From assembly GCA_019075925.1 (NCBI GenBank), contig JAGXAC010000001.1:2205-66204 (forward strand): a DNA stretch of 64,000 bases, in the 5' to 3' direction. The notes beneath the pieces are model-generated. The model saw only the letters and a program-made list of their open reading frames with translations, was not told where the DNA came from and ran no database searches. Source of the stretch: Hyphomicrobiales bacterium. Lineage in GTDB: Bacteria > Pseudomonadota > Alphaproteobacteria > Rhizobiales > Xanthobacteraceae. Below are positions 9,821-18,877 of the stretch, one piece after another. Each line of letters opens with the position of its first letter. The first letter of the stretch is position 1. Both the position numbers and the translations under genes were made by a program.

Positions 9821-11229
9821 CAAGCCCCCGCCGGCCCGGCGCGCGGCAGAGCTATGACGCTGCGTAAGCCGGGTCGATTGTCCTCGAGCTTGAGTTCGCC
9901 GCCATGCAGCCGCGCCACCGCGGCAGCGAGACTCAAACCAAGTCCCGACCCCGGCTGCGAGCGCGCCTGTTCCAGCCGCACGAAACGTTCGACAACCCGG
10001 CCGCGCTCGGACTCGGCAATACCGGGACCGCGATCTTCCACCGCCAGCGTGATGCGCTCTCCCTCGGCGCCGGCTTTGACGACGATCTCAGTCGGTACGC
10101 CGTTGATTTTGCTCGCGTCGGGACTGGCATATTTGATGGCGTTATCGATCAGATTGGCGAGCGCCTGGCTTACCAATTCGCGATTACCCCGCACCGGCGC
10201 CGCCAACGGCGCCTCGACCTTGAGCACGAGTCCCTTCTGCTCGGCGAGCGGCTCGTATAATTCGCCGACGTCGCGCACGATCGCGGCGGCGTCGAACTCA
10301 GTCATGTTGTCGCGCGCCTGGCCGGACTCGGCGCGTGCGATCATTAATAGAGCGTCGAAGGTTCGAATGAGATCATCAGATTCGGCAATGGTCGATTCCA
10401 GAGCAGCGCGGTAATCGCCATCGCTTTTGGCGTTGCGTAATGCCTGCTCACACCGGTTGCGTAAGCGGGTAAGCGGCGTTTTCAAATCGTGCGCGATGTT
10501 GTCGGAGACTTCCTTCAGCCCGCGCATCAGCGCTTCAATGCGCTCCAGCATGGCGTTGACATTCTCGGCGAGCCGGTCGAGTTCGTCGCCGGTGCCGGCG
10601 ACCGGCAAACGACCGGCCAGATCGCCGGCCATGATCGTGTGCGCCGTGTCGGTCATCGCGTCGATCCGCTTGAGCACGCGGCGGCTGACGAAAAACCCCC
10701 CTGCCACTCCGAGCACCACGACCAGCGCAAATGACCAGCGGCCGGCATTGGCGATGATGCCGTAGATACGCTCTCGTTCCTCAAGGTCGCGCCCGACCAA
10801 CAGCCGGAAACCACCCGGCAATTCGACGACCAGCACCAACGCCCGGTGTTCCGTATCGTCGCGCGCCTCGATCCGCCGGTATTGTGCCTCCACCCAACCG
10901 GGATGATCGAGCGCTCCAGGCGCCAACGCACCGACATTGCCGGCAAGCGCCTCGCCGGTCGGCGTCGTCACCAGGTAGAGGTTTGAGCCCGGCCGCCGCG
11001 AGCGCAGGTCGATGAACAATACCAGTCCGCGGATGCCGGCTTCACGATATTGCTCGCGCAGCCGCCCGACTTCGGATGTCACCGTACGGGTTATCTGCTC
11101 GGTGATGAGCCGGCGCGTGTTCAGCGCGAAGTAGCCGAGCAGCGAAACTGCGAACAGCACAAATATCAAGAGATAGACCAGCGTCAGCTGAAACGCGGTC
11201 GTGCGCAGCAGTTTCCCCAGCGCTGTCAC
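9820..11229 (-). CDS. HAMP-domain sensor histidine kinase (two TM segments)
   Basis: 469 aa with the H-box SDNIAHDLKTPLTRL and the G-boxes DRGPGI and GSGLGLSL. The GTG start overlaps the TGA of the acyl-CoA synthetase (GTGA). Confidence 0.88.
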   Translation of the reverse strand: MTALGKLLRTTAFQLTLVYLLIFVLFAVSLLGYFALNTRRLITEQITRTVTSEVGRLREQYREAGIRGLVLFIDLRSRRPGSNLYLVTTPTGEALAGNVGALAPGALDHPGWVEAQYRRIEARDDTEHRALVLVVELPGGFRLLVGRDLEERERIYGIIANAGRWSFALVVVLGVAGGFFVSRRVLKRIDAMTDTAHTIMAGDLAGRLPVAGTGDELDRLAENVNAMLERIEALMRGLKEVSDNIAHDLKTPLTRLRNRCEQALRNAKSDGDYRAALESTIAESDDLIRTFDALLMIARAESGQARDNMTEFDAAAIVRDVGELYEPLAEQKGLVLKVEAPLAAPVRGNRELVSQALANLIDNAIKYASPDASKINGVPTEIVVKAGAEGERITLAVEDRGPGIAESERGRVVERFVRLEQARSQPGSGLGLSLAAAVARLHGGELKLEDNRPGLRSVIALPRAGPAGA

Positions 11230-12947
11230 GTCCGGAGGCTCTCTCGCTGCGGGCGGAGTTCGTCCTCAGAGAAGTCGTCTTCCCAAAATTCAAGCGGAAC
11301 GCGAGCGCCGTTTTTGCGTTTGGCCGCCTCGCTGCGCCGCAACTCGACACGGCGGATTTTGCCGGAGATCGTTTTGGGTAGTTCGGCGAATTCAAGAGCC
11401 CGGACGCGCTTGAACGGTGCAAGCACCGTCCGGCAATGGCGGAAAATCGACAACGCGGTCGCCCGATCGGCGGCATGTCCGGGTGCGACCGCAATATAGG
11501 CTTTCGGCACCGCGAGCCGCATCGGATCGGGCGACGGCACAACGGCAGCTTCGGCCACAGCTGGGTGTTCGATCAGCACGCTCTCGAGTTCGAACGGGCT
11601 GATCCGGTAATCCGACGATTTGAAGACGTCGTCGGCGCGGCCGACGTAAGTCAGGTAACCCTCGTCGTCGAGAGTGGCGACATCGCCGGTCCGATAAACT
11701 GCATCGAGGATCGGCACTACGCCGCCGTCGTCACTCTGATAGCCTTGCATCAGCCCGATCGGCCGCGGCTTCAGCATGAGGCAAATCTCCGCCTCTTTCT
11801 GCACTGAGCCTTCGTGATCGAGCAAAGCGACCTGAAAACCAGGTAGCGGCCGCCCCATCGAGCCGGCTTTGAGCTTTTGTCCCGGCGTGTTGCCGACCAG
11901 ACCGGTTGTCTCGGTCTGGCCGTAGCCGTCACGGATCGTAAGATTCCACGCCGCCTTCACCCGCTCGATCACTTCCGGATTGAGCGGCTCCCCGGCGCCG
12001 ATCAGTTCCTTCAACGGTACGCGCCAGGCTGCGAGATCTTCCTGAATAAGCATCCGCCAAACGGTCGGCGGCGCGCAAAAGGTCGTGACACCGCAGCGTA
12101 CGATGGTATCGAGCAGGCCGCGGGCGTTAAAACGCCGCTGATTGGCGATGAACACAGTGGCGCCGGCGTTCCACGGAGCGAAAAAGCAACTCCAGGCGTG
12201 CTTCGCCCAACCGGGCGAAGAAATGTTCAGATGCACGTCACCGGGCCGAAGGCCGAGCCAGTACATGGTCGAAAGATGCCCAACCGGATAACTTTGATGG
12301 CTGTGCAGAACCAGCTTTGGCGTCGCTGTCGTGCCGGAAGTGAAGTAAAGAAGAAACGGATCGTCCGCGCGAGTCTCGCCGTCCGGTAAAAACTCCGCCG
12401 GCGCCCGATAGCTTTCATCATAAGCGATCCAGCCCGGCAAGCTTCCGCCGACGACTATGCGGGTATAATCGCCGGGCAACTCAACAAATTTCGGCGCGAC
12501 ATCGATGGCGGCAACGACATGGCGGACGCGGCCGCGCGCAAAGCGGTCGGCTAGGTCGTTGCGCGTGAGCAACAAAGTCGCCGGTACAATCACCGCGCCC
12601 AGCTTCATCGCCGCCAGCATGCACTCCCATAACGGAGCGACATTGCCGAGCATGAGCAGGATGCGATCGCCGCGGCGCACGCCGAGAGCGCGTAGCGCGT
12701 TGGCAACACGGTTCGACCGCTCGCCGAGTTCGGTAAAGGTGAGCTTGACCTCCGAACCATCCTCGTCCGTCAGCCAAAGACCCGCCTGCTGATTGCCGTG
12801 CGCCATGACGTCGAAATAATCCAGCGCCCAGTTGAAGCGGTCGAGTTTCGGCCATCTGAAATCGCGATAGGCGGCCGCGTAATCCTCGCGGTGGTGGATA
12901 AGAAAGTCGCGGGCCGCCAGAAAGGCGGTCGCGTTACCCGAAGTCAT
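11226..12947 (-). CDS. AMP-forming acyl-CoA synthetase (medium-chain/aryl type)
   Basis: 573 aa with the AMP-binding motif YFTSGTTATPKLV and C-terminal GKIRR. Confidence 0.88.
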   Translation of the reverse strand: MTSGNATAFLAARDFLIHHREDYAAAYRDFRWPKLDRFNWALDYFDVMAHGNQQAGLWLTDEDGSEVKLTFTELGERSNRVANALRALGVRRGDRILLMLGNVAPLWECMLAAMKLGAVIVPATLLLTRNDLADRFARGRVRHVVAAIDVAPKFVELPGDYTRIVVGGSLPGWIAYDESYRAPAEFLPDGETRADDPFLLYFTSGTTATPKLVLHSHQSYPVGHLSTMYWLGLRPGDVHLNISSPGWAKHAWSCFFAPWNAGATVFIANQRRFNARGLLDTIVRCGVTTFCAPPTVWRMLIQEDLAAWRVPLKELIGAGEPLNPEVIERVKAAWNLTIRDGYGQTETTGLVGNTPGQKLKAGSMGRPLPGFQVALLDHEGSVQKEAEICLMLKPRPIGLMQGYQSDDGGVVPILDAVYRTGDVATLDDEGYLTYVGRADDVFKSSDYRISPFELESVLIEHPAVAEAAVVPSPDPMRLAVPKAYIAVAPGHAADRATALSIFRHCRTVLAPFKRVRALEFAELPKTISGKIRRVELRRSEAAKRKNGARVPLEFWEDDFSEDELRPQRESLRT

Positions 12948-12973
12948 GGCAATCTCCCGGCGGCGGTCCGCCG

Positions 12974-12995
12974 GGTCTTGCCTGTTGACAAGACC
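12974..12995 (+). promoter_or_regulatory. Inverted repeat GGTCTTG-N8-CAAGACC overlapping a TTGACA hexamer in a divergent promoter region
   Basis: Arms at 12974-12980 and 12989-12995; TTGACA at 12985-12990. I see no convincing -10 hexamer 17 bp downstream. Confidence 0.3.
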
Positions 12996-13076
12996 TCAAG
13001 CGACCTCTCCTCTTTGCCCTGATTTTTGCAGAGGAAGTGCCTGAACGCCAATGAAAAACTGGAAAGATAGGGGTCG

Positions 13077-13760
13077 GTGATGGGCATGGAAAAACAACCG
13101 GTTATTCCGAATTGGCGATTGAAGGGCGATTGGTTCGATCTGTGCAGTTGCAACATCGGCTGTCCGTGCGTGTTTGGCGCAAATCCCAGCAGCGGGACGT
13201 GCGAAGGGGTCCTCACTTGGATCATCCGGGAGGGGAATTACGGCGACGTGCCGCTCGGAGGCCTCAACGCCATCATCATCAGCGCGTGGACCGGGAATGT
13301 CCTGGAGCGCAACCGCCATTTCGGTTTCCTGATCGACGATCGCGCCAACGCGGCCCAGCGTGATGCGCTTGAACGCATTTTTACCGGCCAGGTCGGCGGC
13401 CATTTCGCGGCCTGGCGCGACCTGACCGAACAGCAAATGGGTGTGCAGTTCGTGCCGATCAAAGTCACGTTCAGCGACGAAAAATGGAAAGTGGAAGTGC
13501 CGGGTATGATCGACGGCGAAGGCGCTCCCTACCGTAATCTGATGGTGCCCGATGGCAAGGTTTGCAAAATTTCAAACGCGCCGCGGCCTGAGGTCGGCCC
13601 GGGAGATATCACTGTCGGCCAGGCCAAGAAAAATATCTTCGAAGGATTCGGTATGAAATGGGATTGGTCGTCTTACTCGGCCAAACACATTCCATTCGAG
13701 CACATCGGTCCCGGCAAGTTTTCCTGGCGCAAGCCGTGGGATCGGCAAACGCAAAGATGA
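13077..13760 (+). CDS. DUF1326 family protein (cysteine-rich N-terminus)
   Basis: 227-aa ORF. N-terminus WRLKGDWFDLCSCNIGCPCVFG...GTCEG is typical of DUF1326. The start could be GTG 13077, ATG 13080 or ATG 13086. Confidence 0.75.
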   Translation: MMGMEKQPVIPNWRLKGDWFDLCSCNIGCPCVFGANPSSGTCEGVLTWIIREGNYGDVPLGGLNAIIISAWTGNVLERNRHFGFLIDDRANAAQRDALERIFTGQVGGHFAAWRDLTEQQMGVQFVPIKVTFSDEKWKVEVPGMIDGEGAPYRNLMVPDGKVCKISNAPRPEVGPGDITVGQAKKNIFEGFGMKWDWSSYSAKHIPFEHIGPGKFSWRKPWDRQTQR

Positions 13761-13764
13761 GGGC

Positions 13765-14535
13765 GTGATCTTGCTTTCGCGTACCGAGCGGCTGGTACTC
13801 TATGCAGCGCTGATGCTGGCCAGCGCCGCCGCGTGGTCGGTGACGTGGCTGCAGTCTTCCAATTTGTCGCCATTGAACCCGTTCCTCGCCCGAGTCTGGT
13901 GCGGCGGCGCGTGGGGCATGAGCGGCATCGCTTCGTCATTCGTCATGTGGTTCGCAATGATGACCGGAATGATGTTGCCGGCGGTGGCGCCGACAATCGA
14001 TGCATTCGCCACCATTGCGCGCAGGCGCCATGCCCGCGGAGCGCCCTATACGCCGACAATCATATTCGCCATAGGTTATTGCCTCGCCTGGTCGGCATTT
14101 TCCGCCGCAGCGGCGACTGTGCAGTGGCAATTCTATCGTACGGTACTCCTGGACCCGACGACCCAAAACGTAAGCCCAATTCTCGCCGGCGCAGCTTTGC
14201 TGATGGCGGGACTTTATCAGTTCACCCCGCTCAAAATTGCCTGCTTGCGCGGCTGTCGTTCGCCGCTGTCTTTCATTATTGCGGAATGGCGGGACGGCCA
14301 CATCGGCGCGTTGCTTATGGGCGTGCGGCATGGTGCGATCTGCGTCGGTTGCTGCTGGGCGACAATGTCGCTGATGTTCTGCGTCTCGATGATGGATTTG
14401 CGCTGGGCCGCGGCTTTGGCGGTTTACGCGGCCGCAGAAAAATTATTGCCCGGCGGCGATACGATTGTTGCACCGGCTTTCGGTTCAGCGGCAATCTTGG
14501 GCGGAGCGGCGTTAATCGGCTTGGCCTTCCTCTGA
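13765..14535 (+). CDS. DUF2182 family integral membrane protein (predicted metal-binding)
   Basis: 256 aa with multiple TM segments and the HGAICVGCCW motif. The GTG start lies 4 nt after the DUF1326 stop. Confidence 0.72.
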   Translation: MILLSRTERLVLYAALMLASAAAWSVTWLQSSNLSPLNPFLARVWCGGAWGMSGIASSFVMWFAMMTGMMLPAVAPTIDAFATIARRRHARGAPYTPTIIFAIGYCLAWSAFSAAAATVQWQFYRTVLLDPTTQNVSPILAGAALLMAGLYQFTPLKIACLRGCRSPLSFIIAEWRDGHIGALLMGVRHGAICVGCCWATMSLMFCVSMMDLRWAAALAVYAAAEKLLPGGDTIVAPAFGSAAILGGAALIGLAFL

Positions 14536-14568
14536 GTTTTGGAGCGCAAGCGCATCGGGTGGTGAAGG

Positions 14569-15717
14569 ATGGGACCTCTCGCAGGCTTTCGGATCGTCGA
14601 GTTTGCCGGCATCGGTCCGGGGCCGTTCGCCGCTATGCTGTTTGCCGATCTCGGCGCCAGCGTTATTCGCATTGATCGCCTGACCAGCAGCGGGCTCGGT
14701 ATTGACCTTCCGGCCCGTTTTGCCTTGTTGGGACGCTCGCGGCCATCGGTTGCGGTGGACTTAAAGCATGCGGGCGGCATTGCGCTCGCAGGCGATCTGC
14801 TAGCCAAAGCCGACGCGGTGATTGAAGGGTTCCGTCCGGGTACGATGGAACGGCTTGGCCTCGGTCCTGAGGTGGCGCTCAAGCGCAATCCGCGGCTCGT
14901 TTATGGCCGCATGACAGGTTGGGGACAGAGCGGCCCGCTGGCGCAAGCCGCTGGCCACGACCTCAACTACCTCGCGCTCGTCGGCGCGCTCCATGCCATC
15001 GGTCGCGCCGGTTCAAAGCCGACCCCGCCCCTCAACCTCGCCGCGGATTTCGGCGGCGGCGCGCTCTATCTCGCGTTCGGCATGGCCTGCGCCATGCTCG
15101 AAGCGCAGCGCTCCGGCAAAGGTCAGGTCGTCGACGCGGCGATGGTCGACGGAGCGGCGTCGTTGATGACGATGTTCTATGGCATGTACGCGGCCGGACG
15201 GCACAGCCTCGAGCGGGGCACCAACCTGCTCGATTCCGGATCGGCCATCTACGAAACCTACGAATGCGCCGACGGGCGCTTCATCTCGATCGCACCGATT
15301 GAATTGAAATTCCGCGAAGTATTGTTCGAAAAACTCGGCCTGCCCTATACCGAAGACGACGGACCGGAATTGCGCAGCAAGCTTGAAGAGCTGTTCAGGA
15401 CGCGTACGCGCGATGAGTGGAGCGCGTTGCTTGAAGGAACCGACGCCTGTTTTGCGCCGGTGCTGTCGATGGCGGAAGCGCCGCATCATCCGCATAACGT
15501 GGCACGCAACGCCTTTATCGAAGTCGAAGGCGTGGTGCAGCCCGCCCCGGCGCCGCGTTTCAGCCGTACTTCCTTCGCTCGACCGCAAACCCCGCAGAGC
15601 CAAGGGGAAGGCACCCGCTCGGCGCTCGCCGATTGGGGCATACCTCAGGACAGGATCGAGGCGCTGCTGAGGGACAAGGTGATTGCGGAATCACGACCCG
15701 AAAAAGCCGTCGTCTAG
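14569..15717 (+). CDS. CaiB/BaiF family III CoA-transferase (alpha-methylacyl-CoA racemase-like)
   Basis: 382 aa with the N-terminus [29 protein letters not shown] characteristic of the family. Confidence 0.85.
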   Translation: MGPLAGFRIVEFAGIGPGPFAAMLFADLGASVIRIDRLTSSGLGIDLPARFALLGRSRPSVAVDLKHAGGIALAGDLLAKADAVIEGFRPGTMERLGLGPEVALKRNPRLVYGRMTGWGQSGPLAQAAGHDLNYLALVGALHAIGRAGSKPTPPLNLAADFGGGALYLAFGMACAMLEAQRSGKGQVVDAAMVDGAASLMTMFYGMYAAGRHSLERGTNLLDSGSAIYETYECADGRFISIAPIELKFREVLFEKLGLPYTEDDGPELRSKLEELFRTRTRDEWSALLEGTDACFAPVLSMAEAPHHPHNVARNAFIEVEGVVQPAPAPRFSRTSFARPQTPQSQGEGTRSALADWGIPQDRIEALLRDKVIAESRPEKAVV

Positions 15718-15726
15718 AGCAGCGGA

Positions 15727-16407
15727 CTACCGCGTATCCTCTCGGATCATGTAGCCCGCGCCGCGCACGGTATGGAGGAGCGGCTGCGCGAAGCCCTTAT
15801 CGATCTTCGATCGCAGGCGCGACATGTGCACGTCGATCACGTTCGTCTGCGGATCGAAGTGGTAATCCCAGACGTTTTCCAGGAGCATGGTGCGGGTGAC
15901 CACTTGTCCGGCATGCCGCATCAGATACTCGAGCAGGCGGAATTCGCGCGGCTGCAATTGAAGCTCCTGCCCGCTGCGACTGACTTCATGCGATAGCCGG
16001 TTGAGCTCGAGATCGCCCACCCGATAGACGGTCTCTTCGCCGCGGCTGCCGCGCCGGCGGGCCAACACTTCAACGCGGGCCAGCAGTTCGGAGAATGAGT
16101 AAGGCTTGGCAAGATAATCGTCGCCGCCGGAACGCAAACCTTTCACCCGGTCGTCCACCTGTCCGAGTGCGGATAATATCAGCACCGGCGTTTCAACCGA
16201 CTTGGCCCGCAACGTGCCAATCACCGAAAGCCCGTCAAGCTTCGGCAGCATGCGATCAATCACCAGCACGTCGTACTGGCCGTCCAGCGCCAGCGCCAAC
16301 CCCTCTTCTCCGTCGGTTGCGCGATCGGCGACGTGGCCAACTTCGCGGAACGCCTTCACCAGATATTCAGCGGCGTCGCGATCGTCCTCAATAACAAGCA
16401 GGCGCAT
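15727..16407 (-). CDS. OmpR/PhoB-family response regulator
   Basis: MRLLVIEDDRDAAEYL... receiver plus a winged-helix C-terminus. The ATG at 16407 is chosen over the longer ORF start at 16482. Confidence 0.9.
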   Translation of the reverse strand: MRLLVIEDDRDAAEYLVKAFREVGHVADRATDGEEGLALALDGQYDVLVIDRMLPKLDGLSVIGTLRAKSVETPVLILSALGQVDDRVKGLRSGGDDYLAKPYSFSELLARVEVLARRRGSRGEETVYRVGDLELNRLSHEVSRSGQELQLQPREFRLLEYLMRHAGQVVTRTMLLENVWDYHFDPQTNVIDVHMSRLRSKIDKGFAQPLLHTVRGAGYMIREDTR

Positions 16408-16514
16408 TGGCGATCGCCATACCGTAGTGACTGCGGGAAAACCCGACTTACTGACTTTCTGTCCAATGATATCGTCTAGCACGGTTTGTCCGCCAACGCG
16501 TTTGCGAAAATAGT

Positions 16515-16547
16515 GAGGGGGTGACGAGGTTATCTCGCCACCCCCTC
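16515..16547 (-). terminator. Strong GC hairpin downstream of degP (possible intrinsic terminator or attenuator before the response-regulator gene)
   Basis: GAGGGGGTG (16515-16523) pairs with CACCCCCTC (16539-16547), plus an inner CGAG/CTCG stem. On the minus strand it is followed by ACTATTTTCGCAAA, a short interrupted T-run. Confidence 0.4.
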
Positions 16548-16563
16548 GACCGACTCCACCCCG

Positions 16564-16665
16564 GCGGGGGCGACGGATGCCGGGAGGCAGAGTTGGCAGA
16601 GGTGGGGGACGAGCCTTACGGCCCGCCCCCAGGGTACGCCCGCCAGCGGGGGCGACGGATGCCGG
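16564..16665. repeat. Two copies of the 20-nt direct repeat GCGGGGGCGACGGATGCCGG in a very GC-rich spacer
   Basis: Copies at 16564-16583 and 16646-16665, between the degP stop (16686) and the hairpin at 16515-16547. Confidence 0.85.
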
Positions 16666-16685
16666 CGGATCGCCCCATTACTTGA

Positions 16686-18206
16686 TCAGGCGTTGCCGAG
16701 TGGCAGCGCAACGAAATGCGTGCCTCCGCTCGACTTCACCCGAAACAATAGAGCGTGCTTTCCGTCCTTGCGGGCGTCCGCCAGTTGCTTGCGAACGTCC
16801 GCAGGGTTGGTGACTGACTTGCCGCCGACGTCGAGAATGACGTCGCCGACCTGGAACCCATGATCGGCGGCCACGCCGTTTGGATCGAGCGCGGTCACCA
16901 CGACACCGTTGCCATCGGCGCCGGCGACCTTGCTACCCGGAGCAAGCGTAAGCCCGAGCTTCGACATCTCGTCGGGTGCCGCTGGGTGCTCGTCCTGATT
17001 GGAGGCCAAGTGCTCGTTCGGCAAGGTTCCGAGCATGAGCGCGACGGTTTTTTCGTGGTTCTGATGGAACACGCCGAGCTTCACCGCGGTGCCCGGCGCC
17101 ATGGTGCCGATCCGTCGCGCGAGTTCGCGCGCGTCGGCAACCGGGCTTCCGTCGACCGAGGTGATGACATCGCCGCTTTCTATTCCAGCCTTCGCGGCCG
17201 GACTGTTCGGCTGCGGCTCGGAGACCAGCGCGCCAGCCGCCTTTTTCAGGCCAAGGCTGTCGGCTATTTCAGGCGTGACCGGCTGGATCTGAACACCGAT
17301 CCATCCACGCGTGACGGTGCCCTTGTCGCGCAACTGGGTGATTACGCTCTTTACCGTATCGGCGGGAATGGCGAAGGCGATACCGACCGATCCACCCGAC
17401 GGCGAGAAGATCGCCGTATTGACGCCGATCACATTGCCATCGACATCGAAAGTCGGGCCGCCAGAATTGCCCTTGTTCACCGGCGCATCAATCTGAATAA
17501 AGTCGTCATACGGACCGGCACCAATGTCGCGGCCGCGCGCGGAGACGATGCCGGCTGTCACGGTGCCGCCAAGGCCGAACGGATTGCCGACGGCGAGCAC
17601 CCAATCGCCGATGCGCGGCGTCGCATCAGCAAGCTTCACGTACGGAAAGTCCTTGCCGTCGACCTTGATCAAAGCGAGGTCGGTGCGCGGATCGGTGCCG
17701 ATTACCTTGGCGCTGTGGGTCTTGCCGTCATCAGTCGTGACTTGAACATTTTCCGCGTTTTGGACGACGTGATTGTTGGTCACCGCATATCCATCCGCGG
17801 TGATGAAGAAGCCGGAACCTTGCCCGGTAATGATCTGGTGCCCGCCCTCACCGGGGGTAGGCATGCCAAAGCGACGGAAGAATCGCTGCAGGCCGGGCGG
17901 CAATTCTTGATCGTCCCCACTGCCGAAAGCGGGATTGACAGGTTTGTCGATTTTGACGCGGACCGACATCACCGCCGGCTTCACCTTCGCGACGATGTCG
18001 GCGAAACCGACCGGACGCTGCGGGAGCTTCTGGGCTTCCTGCGAAAGGTTCTGCGCATGGGCGGGACCCACAAAGAAAGCCCAATGGGGCGTCAGATTCG
18101 GCGCGACGAAATAAGCCGCCGCCCCGAGACCGGCCATCGCTGTCGCCAAAAGCGCAAATCGCCTTGCAGACAGGACGCGGCGTGAGGGGTGTCGATAGCC
18201 GTCCAT
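16686..18206 (-). CDS. degP: DegP/HtrA (Do-family) periplasmic serine endoprotease with two PDZ domains
   Basis: 506 aa with a signal/TM N-terminus, catalytic GNSGGP and two PDZ-like repeats. GGAG lies 7 nt upstream of the ATG. Confidence 0.92.
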   Translation of the reverse strand: MDGYRHPSRRVLSARRFALLATAMAGLGAAAYFVAPNLTPHWAFFVGPAHAQNLSQEAQKLPQRPVGFADIVAKVKPAVMSVRVKIDKPVNPAFGSGDDQELPPGLQRFFRRFGMPTPGEGGHQIITGQGSGFFITADGYAVTNNHVVQNAENVQVTTDDGKTHSAKVIGTDPRTDLALIKVDGKDFPYVKLADATPRIGDWVLAVGNPFGLGGTVTAGIVSARGRDIGAGPYDDFIQIDAPVNKGNSGGPTFDVDGNVIGVNTAIFSPSGGSVGIAFAIPADTVKSVITQLRDKGTVTRGWIGVQIQPVTPEIADSLGLKKAAGALVSEPQPNSPAAKAGIESGDVITSVDGSPVADARELARRIGTMAPGTAVKLGVFHQNHEKTVALMLGTLPNEHLASNQDEHPAAPDEMSKLGLTLAPGSKVAGADGNGVVVTALDPNGVAADHGFQVGDVILDVGGKSVTNPADVRKQLADARKDGKHALLFRVKSSGGTHFVALPLGNA

Positions 18207-18382
18207 TACCGTCTCCGAATGCCTATCCGTTTTGCAACGGGAATAGCCCCAAGGCCCGCATTTGCCCGCGAATGTGGGACCGCGCGCCTTACCGCGCTCT
18301 GTCGGCTGGATTAAAACTTGGTAATGTCGCGCCGCGGTCCCAGCCTACCCGGACACAATTGCGTGACATACGATGGCCGGAA

Positions 18383-18871
18383 CTAACCTTCCTTGCGCAG
18401 CAGTTCCGAAAGCCTGGTTTCTTCGGCCGGCGTCAGATTTTCCGCCTGTTCGGCAGTCATTGAGGCACCGCGCTGTCGCCCGACTATAAGTAGTACGCCG
18501 ATGCCGAAAAGGCAGATGGCCGGCGGCAGGCCCCACAACAGCGCCGTGTGCCAGGAAAGACGCGGCCGCAACAGGACAAATTCCCCGTAACGCGCGACCA
18601 AGAAATTGAGGACTTGCGCGTCGCTGTCGCCAGCTTTCAACCGCTCGCGCACGAGTACGCGGATGTCATGAGCAAGCGGAGCGGCCGAATCGTCAATCGA
18701 TTCGTTCTGGCAGACCATACACCGCAATTCTTTGGACAGCGTACGCGCCCGCGCTTCGAGCGCCGGATTTGACAACATCTCTCGCGGCTCGACTGCCCGT
18801 AACGGCTCTGCCCCGATCGACAGAATAAATGCAACAAGCAAAAGTACGGCGGCAAGGTATGCACGCTTCAC
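18383..18871 (-). CDS. ccmH: Cytochrome c-type biogenesis protein CcmH (CycL)
   Basis: 162 aa with the LRCMVCQNESIDDS CXXC motif. Confidence 0.9.
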   Translation of the reverse strand: MKRAYLAAVLLLVAFILSIGAEPLRAVEPREMLSNPALEARARTLSKELRCMVCQNESIDDSAAPLAHDIRVLVRERLKAGDSDAQVLNFLVARYGEFVLLRPRLSWHTALLWGLPPAICLFGIGVLLIVGRQRGASMTAEQAENLTPAEETRLSELLRKEG

Positions 18872-18877
18872 GGCTGT

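Noticed and set aside
16577-16813. 78-aa ORF spanning the GC-rich repeat region and the 3' end of degP.
   Set aside because: Its Gly/Arg/Pro-rich translation comes from the repeat element, and it overlaps degP in antisense.
16860-18185. 441-aa ORF antisense to degP. Similar long antisense ORFs occur at 20971-22431 (opposite ccmE/ccmI), 29482-30780 (opposite the PBP), 49816-50802 (opposite DUF1236), 58303-59280 (opposite M48), 61857-62876 (opposite accC) and 1933-2679 (opposite pepN).
   Set aside because: All lie opposite genes with unambiguous family motifs. Their translations are Arg/Gly/Asp/His-rich with no recognisable motifs. Long stop-free antisense frames are expected in ~60% GC DNA.
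18207-18382. Search for an RpoE/ECF-type promoter (GGAAC-N16-17-CGTT or GAACTT...TCAAA) upstream of degP.
   Set aside because: No match with acceptable spacing was found in the spacer. The only GGAACT on the minus strand lies inside the ccmH coding sequence and lacks a downstream -10 element.
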